A DNA stretch of 62,412 nucleotides, filler included, from Dugesia japonica (GCA_001938525.1; 4 parts of 4 records of this genome joined end to end with filler, not necessarily neighbours in it); one strand, 5' to 3'; positions 13,945 to 27,366 are shown, counted from the whole stretch's first letter. The notes: generated by a model from the letters alone, not told the origin. Numbers and translations: made by a program.

Positions 13945-16900
13945 TCCCCGCTTTTAAGAATTTTTTAAGTTTTTCGACATTCCTTGTGAGTTTTTCCCCG
14001 TCTTGATCAACTAACACATATTTCCTGTCATGAACCTTCTCTATTATCTTGGAAGGGCCTTCATATCTATTTTTCGCTTTATCTCTCGCTTCAACCTCAA
14101 CCAAGACTTCTTCTCCCACCTCGAATTTCCTCCTTGTAAGAAACTTGTTGGAATTCTGTATTTCTAATTTCCTTGAATAGTCTTCTTTGTTATTTGACTG
14201 CCATCTTTCTCGACTAATCTGCCAACCAAAAACCATTTCTGTTGGACTCACTTGTGTTGTTTTTTGTTTAGTTGCATTTATTGCAAAACTCAATTTCTGG
14301 CAATAATTCCGCCCAATCTGATGTCCCCTATCTTGCATGGTGGCATTCATTAAGTCTCGCACTGTCCGGAACTGTCGTTCAATCTGACCATTAGTTTTGT
14401 GATGGTACGGACTAGCCAAATGCCAGACAATCTTTAACCTTTTTGTGAAATCCTTCATTTCCCTTGCTTCAAAAACTCTTCCACAATCCGATCTAACTTC
14501 TCTATGACATCCAAATCTCAATATCCATTCTGTCCACATATTCTCCCAAATTGTCGGTTTATCTTGTCTTCCCAACGCTATCAGTCTCACATATTTGGTA
14601 CATTGATCAATCATGCCCAGAATATATTTCTTTCTTCCTTTTGTTTCTTTNAAAGTTCCGCAAATATCAACAAAAATCACCTCAAACGGTTCAAAATTTT
14701 CCGACCAAACCGTAGCTTCTTTAACTCCCACCGTATTAGTTTTCGCTTTTTGACACTATATACAAGTGTGCACCGATTCTCTCGTCCTTTCTCTCAAAGG
14801 TTCTCCAGCATTTCTCGCACATATGTAGTCCTCCGTCTTTTCAGCTCCTGCATGACATAGAAATCTGTGAATCTCCCAAATTTGTTTATTTAACTCTTTC
14901 GCTGTTATCCACATTTTCATTTCATTTCCAAGAGTTACTCTTGCATAATTAATCTCAGTTTTAACCCCTAAAACACAGTTTTGAGTCTGCAACTACCTCG
15001 TCTTGGGCTTCTCTGTTTTTGCGTCCGCATGTTCTATCTGACATTGTGCACATTTTTTACAATTTCATCTGCTGAGTGTATCTATATTTCAACTTGATAA
15101 CCAGACTACTTAAAAAATTAAACCACGTTTGGAATTGGCTAGTAATAGGTTTCTTTGTACTTGACATAAACTTAATTGCTTTGTGATCCGTTTTCAGGGT
15201 GAAACGTTTAACATAGAGATAGTGTTTAAAATGTAATCAAAAAAATAAACTGCTAGCAATTCTTTCCTAGTTGTACAATAACCCTTCTTATGATTAGACA
15301 TTGCGTGTGAATCGTACGCAATCACCCTTTCTTTCCCATATTCGTCTTTTTGTGCCAACACTGCGCCAACCGTGCTAAAGCTTGCGCCCGTGTCTAAGAT
15401 GAATTCTCTCCGTAAATCTGGGAACCTCAACACTGGTGTTGTGGTTAGTGCTGTTTTCAATCCTTTGAAAATCTCCGACAACTCTGCAGACCAAACCAAT
15501 TTTGTGTTTCCCTGACCCCTGCATAATTGTTCCAGTTTTCTAGCCTTCATCGCATAATCTTTAATAAACTTTCTGTAGAAGTTGCTTATGGCAAGAAAAC
15601 TACGTAGTTTCTTCACACATTTTGTCTCTCCAAAATATTTGATTGCTTCTACTTTTATTGGATCTGTTTGAATTCCTCTCTCACTTATTATGTGTCCTAA
15701 ATATTTTATCTCCCGTTTCATAAAAGAGCATTTTTACGGATTGATTCTCAGACTTGCTTCCAAATTTCAGTCTAAAACCTTTTCTATAATCTTATAATGT
15801 TCCTCCCTTTACTTTGAAAACACCAATATGTCATCCAAGTATACCATTGCTCCTCGTATTCCTCTTATTACTTTAATCATCATCTCCTGAAAAGTTCCAG
15901 GAGCTGTCGCTATTCCAAATGGCATCCGGTTAAAACAGTACTGTCCCTGCTTTCTGGAGAACGCCGTCTTCTCTTGAGAGTTCTTGTCCAATTCTACCTG
16001 GTAATACGCATTGCCTAGGTGTATCAAACTAAAATTGGTTGTCTCACTCAATTTAGCAAACATTTCCTCAATATTTGTCATTGGGAATGCTTTTCTTTCT
16101 GTGATCTCGTTCAACCGTCTAAAATCCAGACATAATCTTATGTCTTTTTTCTCCTTAATCCACACACATAACAAAGGTGTGTTCCATGATGAATTACACC
16201 TTCAAATAATTTCATACTCGAACAGATTCTTAATTGCATNATCTATCTTATCTTCGAGATTCATCGGCTGTCTATATGGTTTTACATTAATAGGTCCACC
16301 TTTTATAACTTTTTTATGTTTGATTAAGTAAGTCCTGCCAACATCCCATTTATCCGTCATGAACACCTCCCTTCTCATTTTGCATATCTTTTTTAAACGA
16401 TTATCACCTTCTTATTTTATACTAGCACTCGCTCTCTGCCAGCGTTCGTCTTTATTAATCTGTGTACCAAAGGTTGCCTCAAAGTTACAGATATAACTTT
16501 TCCCTTAGCCTTTTTGTCGTTCTTCGTCGTTTTGGCCTTATTGAAATCCAAAAATATTTAAAAATTTTATTTCCTAATCATATCTGGCAGTACTCGACTT
16601 TCCATTTTGAAAACCATTAACTCCATCCTACCACATATCGTCACATTCAATCTCACTTTTCCTATCGTTTCCAACATGCTGTCGTTAGCACAGCGTAATT
16701 TTAAATCACATTCTTTCAATTGTTTACTTCCAAGTTTTTTCCAACTGTCCACACTCAATACATTAATTCCAGCTCCCGTATCCAGTAGACAGTGAATCCA
16801 CTTTCCTTCAACCTGAACACAAATACTCGGTCTACCCTGAAATTTATTATATTCTATTACCACTTGTTGACATGTTTCCAACACATTTACTGACTCCACA

Positions 16901-17647
16901 TTACCCACCTCTTTAAATAAGTCTCTGCATATGAATCTGAAAACTTTCTCTCCTACCTCATCCGCGTTCTCCTATCTCTCCATACCTCGAAGATATTCGG
17001 TAAAACTACGTTTTAATATATGGCTCCGACTAACTCACCTACTATAGGAGCCCTTGCCTTTGGGAATCTAGATTGATTGACTAGTCTAGTATCTTTAATC
17101 ACATTTGCAAAACTCATAACATTATCTGAATCCCCATTGACTTTTACTTTATCTAATAGAGTGAGTGTCTCTTTGATCTCTTCTACTTTCTGAACTTTAC
17201 GCAGTTCCACTTCTTCCTCAACCCTTTTATTTCCTCACACAGTACCAAGAGTTTTGTTGTTAACATTTTTCTTGTGAACTCTTTATTTAAGAATAACCTG
17301 TCCACAAGCTCTTTTACTTTTTCAATATACATATCAATATCTTCTTCTCGTCTCCTATATTCCATCATTTCTCTCACATATTTTAATATGCCCCTCTCTT
17401 TACTAAAAGCTCTACGCAACCGCCTTAGGAAACCTTCTGCTTTTCCTAACGTTTCGACAAATTTTCCCAGCAGATATTTTTCTATCATGCCGGTCACTAA
17501 TCTTTCTTGCTCTCTTTTTAGTTATTCCCTTGACTTCAAAGTATAAGTCACATTTTCTTATAAATTTTTCGACATCATCATGTCTTTCAAATACTTCGGG
17601 CATTAACCGGTCCGTTATGTAGTCCGTATTGACCGCTGCCATCATAT
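13511..17647 (-). mobile_element. Ty3/Gypsy LTR retrotransposon 1 (gag-PR-RT-RNaseH-INT, degenerate; 5' end cut by spacer)
   Basis: LLDTGA protease, RLCLDFRRLN/YLDD RT, FILDTGAS/TTRKELLA RNase H, SDCG/PYHHKTNGQIER integrase in Gypsy order; frameshifts. Confidence 0.95.
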
Positions 17648-17747
17648 NNNNNNNNNNNNNNNNNNNNNNNNNNNNNNNNNNNNNNNNNNNNTTAATTAAT
17701 TAANNNNNNNNNNNNNNNNNNNNNNNNNNNNNNNNNNNNNNNNNNNN
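17648..17747. other. Artificial assembly spacer
   Basis: 44 N + TTAATTAATTAA (stops in all six frames) + 44 N = 100 nt. Confidence 0.95.
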
Positions 17748-17879
17748 TAAGGAATCAGTTATGCAATAATATCTGAGCACTGAAATCATATACACATTCA
17801 AACAGTTAATCACGCATTCACCTATTATTACATACATATGTTAATTTAAGGTCAATATGAAAATATTGTATTATTTTTA

Positions 17880-18237
17880 GTTATATCTAAAATTGCCCCC
17901 GTTTAAAATTGTTTTAACCATTTAATATTTCTTATTATTTTTTTAATTATAATTTAAAACTCCTATAGTGTATTTATTCTATAATTATTGCTGGTCCTCA
18001 TATCTGTTTTCATATTTATATGGACTTTCTCTTTTAATTAAAACTTCGTCACCAATATTAAATTTTCTAGCTGTTTTATTCTTTTCTAAAATTTTGGACT
18101 TTTCATAGTTATTTAAATTGTTTATTATTCTTTTACGCGTTAGATTTCTTCTATTTACATTTTTTATCATTCTTAACAATCCATTCTTTGTGTAAATATT
18201 TCCCAAAAGGATTTCAGTTGGAGATATATTCGTCGTT
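17880..18237 (-). mobile_element. Gypsy element 2, integrase C-terminal part
   Basis: TTNISPTEILLG...RKFNIGDEVLIK...YENRYE; purine tract AAACGGGGG at ~17896. Confidence 0.85.
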
Positions 18238-19310
18238 AGTAGGGGGATAATGGCGCACTGGCACAATTTGGCAATGGGCCAAAATTATAGCACAATTTTT
18301 AAAAGCAGTTATCGCGGGACACCCTCCCCCAAGTGTCCCGCTCGAAAACACATTACGATTGTTCTATGATTTTTGTGCTATGATTTTTCGGTTAGTTTTT
18401 TTTTCTAAGATTTTTGGAATCAAAATTATTTTGATCGGATCAGTTTTTTTTATCCTGAAGGTGCGTGTGTGTATTTTAAAATTTTAAAATTTGTGTGCTT
18501 GGTTTGCTAAGGGAGATTTAAAAAAGTAGGTCAAGTTGAGTTTGTGTGTTTATGTGAGTGTGTGTGAAAGAAGGGATTTGGACTCGAGGAATAGCTGGAG
18601 ATCTTGGAAATAATTTTTTTACGATTTGATTGTGGATGGACAAAATTCGATCTATATATTGTCTAAAGAACTTATGGGGTGTAATGAATGAATTTTCCTA
18701 GAAGGGTAGTGGCGCACTGGCACAATTTTATGAGTAATATTGGGTGATTTTTTTTGGGAGGCTGTAGGTTTGTATGTAGTTGATGGTATTGGTTGGTTGA
18801 CGGGTTGTGGAAAAGATAATGTAATGGAGAAGATTTTGTGTGTCGAATGTGCTTTGATATTTTATTATAAGGGCTTCAATTTGTTTGGTTAAAATTTTTA
18901 AGTAGTTTAAGTGTGCAAAACGTTTTCGCGAGAAGGAGAGTGGTATGGGTGTAAAGAGAGTTAATTATCGGATATTATGATATTTATTTGACGTTTTTCT
19001 GCCGGGCAGATGTGACTAAATAATGTTTTGGAAGTTTTATATTTTTTACCCACGTAACCTATTATTAAGGTACCCACCAATTTATTTATGAGTGAGATGA
19101 GTTATTACTCACAACCTTGAGTAAATACCCTATTTTTACCAACGTAATGTGTTACCGCCATCCCTACCCTTTACTATTATTGAGTTGGGTAATTTTTATT
19201 ACCTATCTACTCACTATCTATATAAGTGGGTAGCTCGAAAACATGTTATGAGTTATTACCCACAACCTTGAGTAAATATACAGTATATTTGGCAGGAAAT
19301 TCAATTATTT
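18238..19310 (+). repeat. Left TIR of element A (~1.07 kb)
   Basis: Colinear reverse-complement similarity to 23384-24556. Confidence 0.9.
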
Positions 19311-19355
19311 CAAAAATCTGCTAATGATATGCAACTAGCAATCAAGTCAATGTTT

Positions 19356-19850
19356 AAACCAGATTTACACCAAAAAAAGACAATGCTGACATTTTGGTGG
19401 TCTATACCTGGAGTCATGCATTTTTCTTAGTTAGAAGAAGGTCAAACGTTTACCTCAGACAAATACTGTTCTGAAATTGAATTATTGTACAAACCTTTAT
19501 GCATTAAACAGCCTTTATGTGTCAATAGGAAAGGAATCATCCTCTTGCATTATAGTACCCAACTACATGTGGCAAAGAAGACGTCGACAGACTTAAAAAT
19601 TGAAACTTTGCCACATCCACCATATTTGCCCGACTTATCTCCGACAGATTATCATTTTTATAAGCATTTTGATAATTGTTTGGTAACAAAATCATTGCTG
19701 ATCGGAAGGATGTCAAAATGGCCATATCCAAAATCATAGACTCCAGAGAAAAAGATTTATTTGCTAAAAGTATTTTGAAACTAGTTTCTAGATGGCAAAA
19801 AGGTGTAGAATCTGATGGTGACTATTTTACTTAAATAAAATTTGATTTAT
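19356..19850 (+). mobile_element. Mariner transposase 3' fragment within element A
   Basis: KPDLHQKKTMLTFWWS, LPHPPYLPDLSPTDYHFY, SRWQKGVESDGDYF. Confidence 0.9.
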
Positions 19851-19876
19851 TGGACTTTTATTGATTTTGTTATCTT

Positions 19877-20269
19877 TTACGTAATCGGACATTTCATATG
19901 TGACAATCTAATAGTATCAAAAACTAATTTAATATCCGTACTTTCATATTCACCACTAAAATATGAAAGTCTCTTTAAACTTTCCTGATTTTCAAATAAT
20001 AAACTGTGGTATGCAATATCACTAGTAAAGACTAAAACATTTTTTTTCGATAATTGAATTATTGTTAATAATTCATAATCAATCCTAGATTGACTGTAAA
20101 TCGGCATGGCTGAATATACAAAGGTGAAATTCATCATGGCAACTTCCTATCTACCATCCATGTAAATTGGATTTTGAAGCTCAACAATGTAATTACTAGC
20201 AGTATTATTTGGAAAAAAAAGATGACTACTAGTACTAAGTAAAAGCGTATAGAAATTATTTGATTTCAT
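19877..20269 (-). pseudogene. Polinton minor capsid (penton-like) N-terminal remnant
   Basis: MKSNNFYTLLLSTSSHLFFPNNTASNYIVELQNPIYMDGR*EVAM matches FYxTLPSxSS..FPxNTxSxF..LxxPI.L.G.WEV. Confidence 0.7.
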
Positions 20270-21313
20270 CTGAATTTCCTTCCTGATTGACTATTTGTGT
20301 TGGTAATATCCAACCTGGTTTTTCGTATCCATACCACTTTACATAGTATTGTTTATTCTTTACTGATCCATTTGATTTGATTATTGTTTCTATTTTATCT
20401 ATCTCTGGTGGTGGAATGACTTATAATTCTTGCTCATAGAATTTTCCTTGCATTATATTGTCATCATAATCTTTAATAACATACATGACCGGATTTTGTT
20501 TCATGTTGACTTTTGTTATTTGAAACCTTTTATCACTCCAATTACTATTGAAATTCTTGATAAAAGGTGAAGCTGAAATTTCTGAGATTCTCACATGATC
20601 GCCAACTTTATACTTTGGTTTTTTATTTGCTTTTGAATGTTCACGCGATAACCATAATTTTAATTGATTATTTGCACTTACATTAACTGATCTTGCTACA
20701 TTTAATCCCTTATGGCGAGAATGATTGTAACTATGAATAAGTTTCGGTATAATATTTATCCAAGTCTTAATATCAACATGTACAAAGTATTTTTTCAATG
20801 CATCTCTCAATGTGTGATTAAATCTCTCTACATGTGCAGCTTTATAGTGAGAGAATACACTATAATGGTTTATGGATAGATGAAGTTGTTTTACCTTAGT
20901 ATTATAAAATTCCTTATCTAAATCCGTTTGTAAATTATGTGATGTCCATTTTTAAACATTGACTTGATTGCTGGTTGCATATCATTAGCAGATTTTGATT
21001 TAACAGGAACAGCTCTTGCAAATCTACTGAATACATCGATACATGTCAAAATATACTTGTAACCTTTATTAATTTTCAAATACGGAATAATCTCCATTAG
21101 ATCCATTTGCCATAAATCATCAATACCATATGTTTTATATGTTCTTGTTGGAAATCTTTTCCACATCGGCTTGTTCAAACTGTACGCTAGCTGTAGACAT
21201 AACCACCTTTTCATCTTTCTTTTCTTTTTTTGAGTTGCTTTCATCAATTTTTCTACTCCTCGAAAAACTGCTGAGTTTATTAGATCCGTCCAAATTGTCT
21301 TTAGTTTCCCCAT
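20256..21313 (-). pseudogene. Polinton retroviral-like integrase with C-terminal chromodomain-like region
   Basis: GIDDLWQMDL, YKYILTCIDVFSRFA, KAAHVERFNHTL, KPKYKVGDHVRIS, GKFYEQEL, KQYYVKWYGY. Confidence 0.92.
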
Positions 21314-21405
21314 TACAACAATTCAATGCAAATTTTGAGTCAAAAGTAGGTAATGATTGCAATTCCCCCATTATTTATTAATATATTAGTCAAAAGCGTA
21401 AATTG

Positions 21406-21728
21406 ATTATTTGAAATGAGTTAAGCCTAACGCGGCCAATACAATTGATAACAATGCTGTTGTTTTTCCACAACCTTGATTATTTCATATTGCTTTCTTC
21501 ATCAATCTCCTATATTTTGTATTTACAAGCGATAGTAAGATTTTTATGTTTTTTCAACGTTTCCTTTTTAGCGTTTCTCAAATTTACATTACTAAGAACA
21601 ATAATTATAATAATCTCAAGTAAATCATCCATGAAATATGGTGGAAATGAGTCCAAAATTCTCATTCTCATTAATTTTGAGGATTTAATCAAAGCAGTAA
21701 AAAACGGAATACTTCTTTCTAATTTCAT
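21406..21728 (-). pseudogene. Small conserved Polinton basic protein with hydrophobic C-terminal helix
   Basis: MKLERSIPFFTALIKSSK...DDLLEIII.IVLSNVNL...LKKHK...TALLSIVLAALG; homologue at 48582. Confidence 0.65.
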
Positions 21729-21759
21729 TTTTATTTCAATAACAAACAAATACTAGTTA

Positions 21760-22003
21760 ATTGTTTATAATGATATCTATTGTCCATTCATTAATCCCAT
21801 TTTTTCCAGTACTTTTTGCAAGTTTTTTTAAACTTATTCAATTGTTTTTTCTTATTTCCATACGTTTTCTTATGAGATTGTTTCTTATGGGATTTTTTCT
21901 TATTAGGTTGTTTCGTCTATTTTTTCAAAACCAGCCTTTTCCGGTGTTTAACAACATCACCATCAGTAACTGAATCAACTACAATTTTCTTAAACTTTGC
22001 CAT
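21760..22003 (-). pseudogene. Lys-rich small Polinton protein
   Basis: MAKFKKIVVD...KKQLNKFKK; homologue MAKFTKVIVD...NQLNKFKK at 48309. Confidence 0.65.
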
Positions 22004-22019
22004 TTTAAATAATATTATA

Positions 22020-22211
22020 AAAAGTACTTGTTTTGTTTAAATACTGTGATACCATTAAGGTTCAATATATCTGTTCTCACCCTACAATCATGTGGACATT
22101 GTTGTGTAAAGTCAAGAAATAGATATCCATGTGGTTTTCTGCTGTATCTTGAAATGTTGGGCTACTAGGCCAAACAATTTGATAGACTGCATCATTTCTA
22201 AATTTTTCCAT
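22020..22211 (-). pseudogene. Packaging ATPase remnant with large internal deletion
   Basis: MEKFRNDAVYQIVWPS joined almost directly to GYLFLDFTQQCPHDCRVRTDI; both ends match 47669-48284. Confidence 0.8.
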
Positions 22212-23383
22212 CTTGCGTTTTCTTTATTAATTCATAATTTTTTACATTGTTTATAATTGAAAGTTAATGCAGTATGTATGTAATATGTATGCAGCACTAG
22301 TGCAACACACATACACTGAAAATCATGTGACTAAGAATTTTTTATTAAACAATAAAATTCAGATGCTACACAGATGCAACACATAGGCAGCATACATGCA
22401 TTAAAAATCACATGCCTGTTAATTTTTAATAAATGCAATAGGTATGCAACTGAGATGCAACTGAGATGCAACTAAGATGCAACACAGATTCAACACACTT
22501 AAACATTAAAAATCACGTGCCTATGATTTTTAGACTGCCCATCTCATGCAAAATATAGAGTCTCCACATGTAAAATATCAAGACTGCCTCATCTCATATA
22601 TAAATATAAAGTCTTTTCAAAAGAATTTTAATTAAATTAAAAATTTCTCAAAAAATATATTTTTTTAAATTTCCCGCCGAAAATAATTTTTTAAATCTCC
22701 CTCCAAAAAATATTTTATTCAAAATTTTTATTCATGCAACACAAAAGCTGCATTCATGCAACACACAATCATTTTAGCTAAAATTTACTTTAGACAACCT
22801 TTAGACCGATTTTGATAGCAAACTCAAATATAATTTCAAAACCCGAAAATTATCACCCGTCACCCATTCGGTCGCGATTTTCATTAGAAAATTACATTTT
22901 GACGCACACACAAGCACCGTAACATAGGAATTACTAAACTTTTTTTAAGTATAACCTGTGTCCCATGTTCCTTTTTCATTCAAAGCAAAAATCATCTAAA
23001 TCCAAGAAATTGCAATACTGTTACTAAATAACTGAAATCTGAAAACACGTCACTGTAACCAACAAGAACATTTTTGTAAAAAATTATCTGTCATTTGATA
23101 CAGACTTAAAAACTCTATTCAAATACAACATTGAAACCCAATAAAAATAAAAAAATAATAAAAAAGATTAAAAAAAGATTAAGAAAAAAGATAATAAAAG
23201 ACAGAGGACATAAAAGAAGAAGAAATTTTTTTTTATATTTCCCGCCAAAACAAATTTGAAAATAAAATTCAAAAATTTTTTTTTTGAATTTTCCGCTAAA
23301 TTTATTTGTTAAGTAAAACAAAAAACAGAGTCGTGTGGTTAATAGGACAACATGCTATCACTGTTTTCTTTAAAATAAACAAA

Positions 23384-24556
23384 AATAATTGAATTTCCTG
23401 TCAAATATACTATATGGGTATTTACTCAAAGGTTGTTTGTCATAACTCATAACATGTTTTCGAGGTACCCACTTATATAGATAGTAAGTTACACAACTCA
23501 ATCATAGTAAATGGTAGGGATGGTGGTAACACATAATGAGTAGAAAAATATTACTCTACACGTGAGTAAATTAACCATGACCTTGAGTAAATTACACAAC
23601 ACAGTGAGTAAGTTTTAACCACTCCCTTATATAGATAGTGATTAGGTAGGAAATAAAAATTACCCAACTCAATTAAAGTAAAGGGTAGGGATGGCGGTAA
23701 CACATTACTCAAGGTTGTGGGTAATAACTCCACTCACTCAAATATAAATTGGTGGATATTTCGATAATATGTTAAGTGAGTAAAAAAGAATAAAGATTTC
23801 AAAACCTTATTATGTCACACCCGCCTGGCAGAAAAATTTCAAATAAATATCAAAAAATCTGATAATTAATTCTCTTTCCACCCTTACCACTCTGCCCCTC
23901 CGGAAAACTTTTTAAACACACTTATACTACTTACAAATATTGACAAATCAAATTGAAGCTCTTAATTTCAGAAATTAAATCATAATTGACATCGAAAAAA
24001 TTTTCCATCTCATTACCTTTCAAACAATCCATCTCCCAACAAAATCCAACTACACCCTAAAAACCTACAGCCTCCCTAAAAACATCCCACGATAAATCAT
24101 ACGACTGTTCTGTGGCACCACTACCCTTCTATTAAAATCCATCCATCCCACCCCATAAGTCTTTTAGACAATATATAGACCGAATTTTTGTCCAATAACA
24201 ACCAAATCTTAAAAACTTTAGAAAAAATATTTGGAAGATCTCCAGCTCTTCCTTCTTGTTTTTTCCTTCTTTCACACACACACTCACACATACACACAAA
24301 CTCAACTTCACCTACTTTTTAAAAACCTTTTTAGCAACCGAAAAATATAAATTTTAAAAATTAAAATTACATACACTCTTTCGGGGTCAAAAAAACTGAT
24401 CCTATCAAAAGTTTTTTTACCCCAAAAAATCTTAGAAAAAAAGAGTCACGGTAATTATGTCACAATCGTTATGTGTTTCTTGGGATAACTGCTTTAAAAC
24501 TGTGACTGAATTTTGGCCCATTGCTAAATTGTGAAAATGCGTCACTATCCCTTACT
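23384..24556 (-). repeat. Right TIR of element A (~1.17 kb)
   Basis: Reverse complement of left TIR, with an extra internal repeat unit near 23550-23740. Confidence 0.9.
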
Positions 24557-25610
24557 GTCGTTCTCTAAATTGTGGTGCTCATCATAAATTCTATTTCTAG
24601 TAAAATATCTGCCCAATCCTGGATTTTCTTATCCTATAAATTAATATGAATTGTATCTCTTATAGTTCGAAATTTTCTTTTAATTATTCCATAACTACTA
24701 TGATGATATTGACTTGAGTATTGGATTTCACAATTAAATTCCTTAGCTAATTGTTGGAAAAGATTTGATTAAAATGATTTCCTACGATCTGTATGTATAA
24801 TTCTCGGTATACCATATTTCAAAATATAATTATTTTTTAATATTTTTTCATCTTGATGTAAAACTGCATTGAAAGAAATAAGTCTACTGAATTTATTAAT
24901 TATAGCTAAAACCTTTTGTTTTTCATTTCAATATGAATGATTTCAAAGATGTCATAAACTGGAATACTAATAATTGACAATTTTTATTACTCTGAGTAAC
25001 CTCTTTTACCATTTCTTCTAGACCTTCCCTATCATAATTTTCTCTTATATGAGCTGCCTTTTATTCGAAATCCTATATGACACAATGATTAGCGTTCACT
25101 TCTTACAAATAATGTTCTGCATTCTAAAAGAATTTAAACTTTACTAGTATTTGTGATCATAATACCATTTAAAAACTTTTTAAAAATTTTGAATTCATTT
25201 CACTGTTTTTTAAGTTACCTGTTATAATATTAATATTAAGATTTTTGTTTTCATGTTCCATGTTTTCGTATTTTCATGATTTATTTGACATTGAATAAAC
25301 GTTTTGCAATTATTTCTAGACGTTGTATCAGCATTTTAATGATATTCCCCTTTTCTGCATTCCATAATCATATTCAAACTACTTAAAAATCGATCCATGT
25401 CTAAAATTGTAGAGTAATCGGTTTTTTTATTAATCATAAAAAATATGGCTGTTTGATCAGTTCGAAGTTTAAATCTTTCCACCTAAAAATAGTGTTTATA
25501 ATGTTTCGCAAAATAATATATTGCTAGAAGATCTTTTCTGGTTGTACAATAACTTAATTCATGCTTACTCATTGCTTTGAATCCATAATCTATAACTCGT
25601 TCATTAAGTT
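24557..25610 (-). mobile_element. Gypsy element 2, RNase H-integrase part
   Basis: YCTTRKDLLAIYYFAKHYKHYF, FKLRTDQTA, FEMVYREL, EIEFMMSTT continuing into 18237 once the insert and one TSD are removed. Confidence 0.85.
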
Positions 25611-25737
25611 GATATATTTTGATATATTTTTATATTTTAACACTTATTTAATTTGTTTTAATGCACTATAATTACATATATTACAATTTTATTTTTCATT
25701 TATCAATAATTAGCGGTTTTATATGAAAATTTTACAG

Positions 25738-25857
25738 GAGATGATGCAAATGAAAACGATAAAATTTTTACTAAAGTCCTTACTGTTCGAGATTTACAAG
25801 ACGTTGGATTTTACAATTTTATGGCCAATGTTGAAATAATAAATAAAAAAACTAACG
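25738..25857 (+). CDS. Host exon, CLCA-like (calcium-activated chloride channel regulator family), C-terminal region
   Basis: ag|..|gt, 120 nt, phase 1/1: DDANENDKIFTKVLTVRDLQDVGFYNF, cf. CLCA ADxxKxDGVYSRYF...GRY. Confidence 0.65.
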
Positions 25858-26369
25858 GTATTTGTATTGTTTGCATTCAATGATATTTATTTATATAGAT
25901 TGCATTTCCTTATATTTTATGTTACGGATAAATTACGCATTCATTTAATGTATACATGAATTTATTAATGCTTTCTCTAGATATTGCACACATTTTCACC
26001 AAAGCTTTAGTTACACTTGAGAGAACTCAATACTGCAACAAGTTAAATATAAATTGTTAAAAATAAAAATTCATTTATTATTTTTGGATAGCAAGACATA
26101 GAATATAAAGCAAATAAAACTAAATAAATTGATTCAATAACAATTATTGAAAAAATTGTCTAGATACAACAAGACGACGCTTAATGCGGAGTACACATTC
26201 CAATAAGTTCTAGTGCTAAATGAAACAGCGTTAAACGAGGTTATCTTAATACACAATTAATGGGGATAAATTAAATAGAACAGGATATAAGACAATATTT
26301 TAGAGGCTCATGGATTTCAAAAATACTGAAACAACGTTAAACTGGGTATTGTTAAGCGGGGTTTTACTG

Positions 26370-27366
26370 TATTATACCTATTATTTATTGCAATATAAAA
26401 TTATTTTTAATCAACCAATAAAAATATAAAATCAAATAAAAAATTACCAATTAAATTAGTGAGGTCATGATGACAAGTCTACTTACTTAAACTAGAGAGG
26501 CACTTAGAATTACAACGTATATTTTATTGCACACAGTAACATTTATTTAAATTTGTATTATTTAAGCCTCTTCCAGAATCTTGATTGTTGGCAATCAAAT
26601 TTAATAGAAATTATTAATCAGCAACGTCTCGACTAAAATTAGTTTCTCTGGGTAAATGCTGAATTGTAATCTTAAATAATGTATTTCCATAGTCACATTT
26701 TCTGTCTGAATTTGAAAAAACCTTCAAGGGTATAGGTACTATTATTGCTAGATTTGATTGAGCATCTTCTTTATCTCGATGAATATCCTGTTGAATTATG
26801 TTTCATCTGAGAAGATAGCATTATCCTAAAATGAACAAAAACCAAATTATGACAGGCAATAAAGACTTGTAAGAAAAATGGATAAGAAAATTAAAACGAC
26901 CATAAAACAAGGTGGTGTCACTGTTGGTATTCTTAAAAATTGTCTTAAAAAGTCTACAAAATAAGATAAATCGTAAAACGTTTAAATTAGGCCAAGCCAG
27001 CAATCCAAAGACACAGCAAGATGCAGCTAATAATACTTTGAAACCAATCAAAATAACTATACTCAAATAGCCTTCTCAGAATTCCGGTTTAAATCCAATC
27101 GAAATATTTGAGATTATATATGAAAGAAAATTGCTGAAAGACTTTTAAAGAAAGAGGGTATGGCAAATTTATTTTGAAATTATAGGAAGAAAAAAAATCA
27201 ATTGATTTATGAAAATCAGTTGTTAAATCAATAGCACAATTTTAGATGTTTTTCGAAAACATGGTGGTTTTATTAACTATTGATTTTAATTCACAGATTT
27301 TTTGAGTGGTAAAAAATAAACATTTTATTTAGAACAAAGTTTACAAGCTTATACAATAAAAAGTAT
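26370..27366 (+). mobile_element. Tc1-like remnant
   Basis: K*PSQNSGLNPIEI resembles Tc1 WPSQSPDLNPIE; lies in the CLCA-like intron. Confidence 0.55.

Larger units (their letters stand above)
18238..24556. mobile_element. Polinton/Maverick element A: 6319-bp internally deleted copy with both TIRs and 6-bp TSD
   Basis: AGTAG...CTTACT ends; GTCGTT at 18232-18237 and 24557-24562; integrase, minor capsid and ATPase remnants inside. Confidence 0.93.

Noticed and set aside
17648-17747. TTAATTAATTAA palindrome at three places
   Set aside because: Always centred in 44+44 N, so it is an assembly linker; no linkage inferred across it
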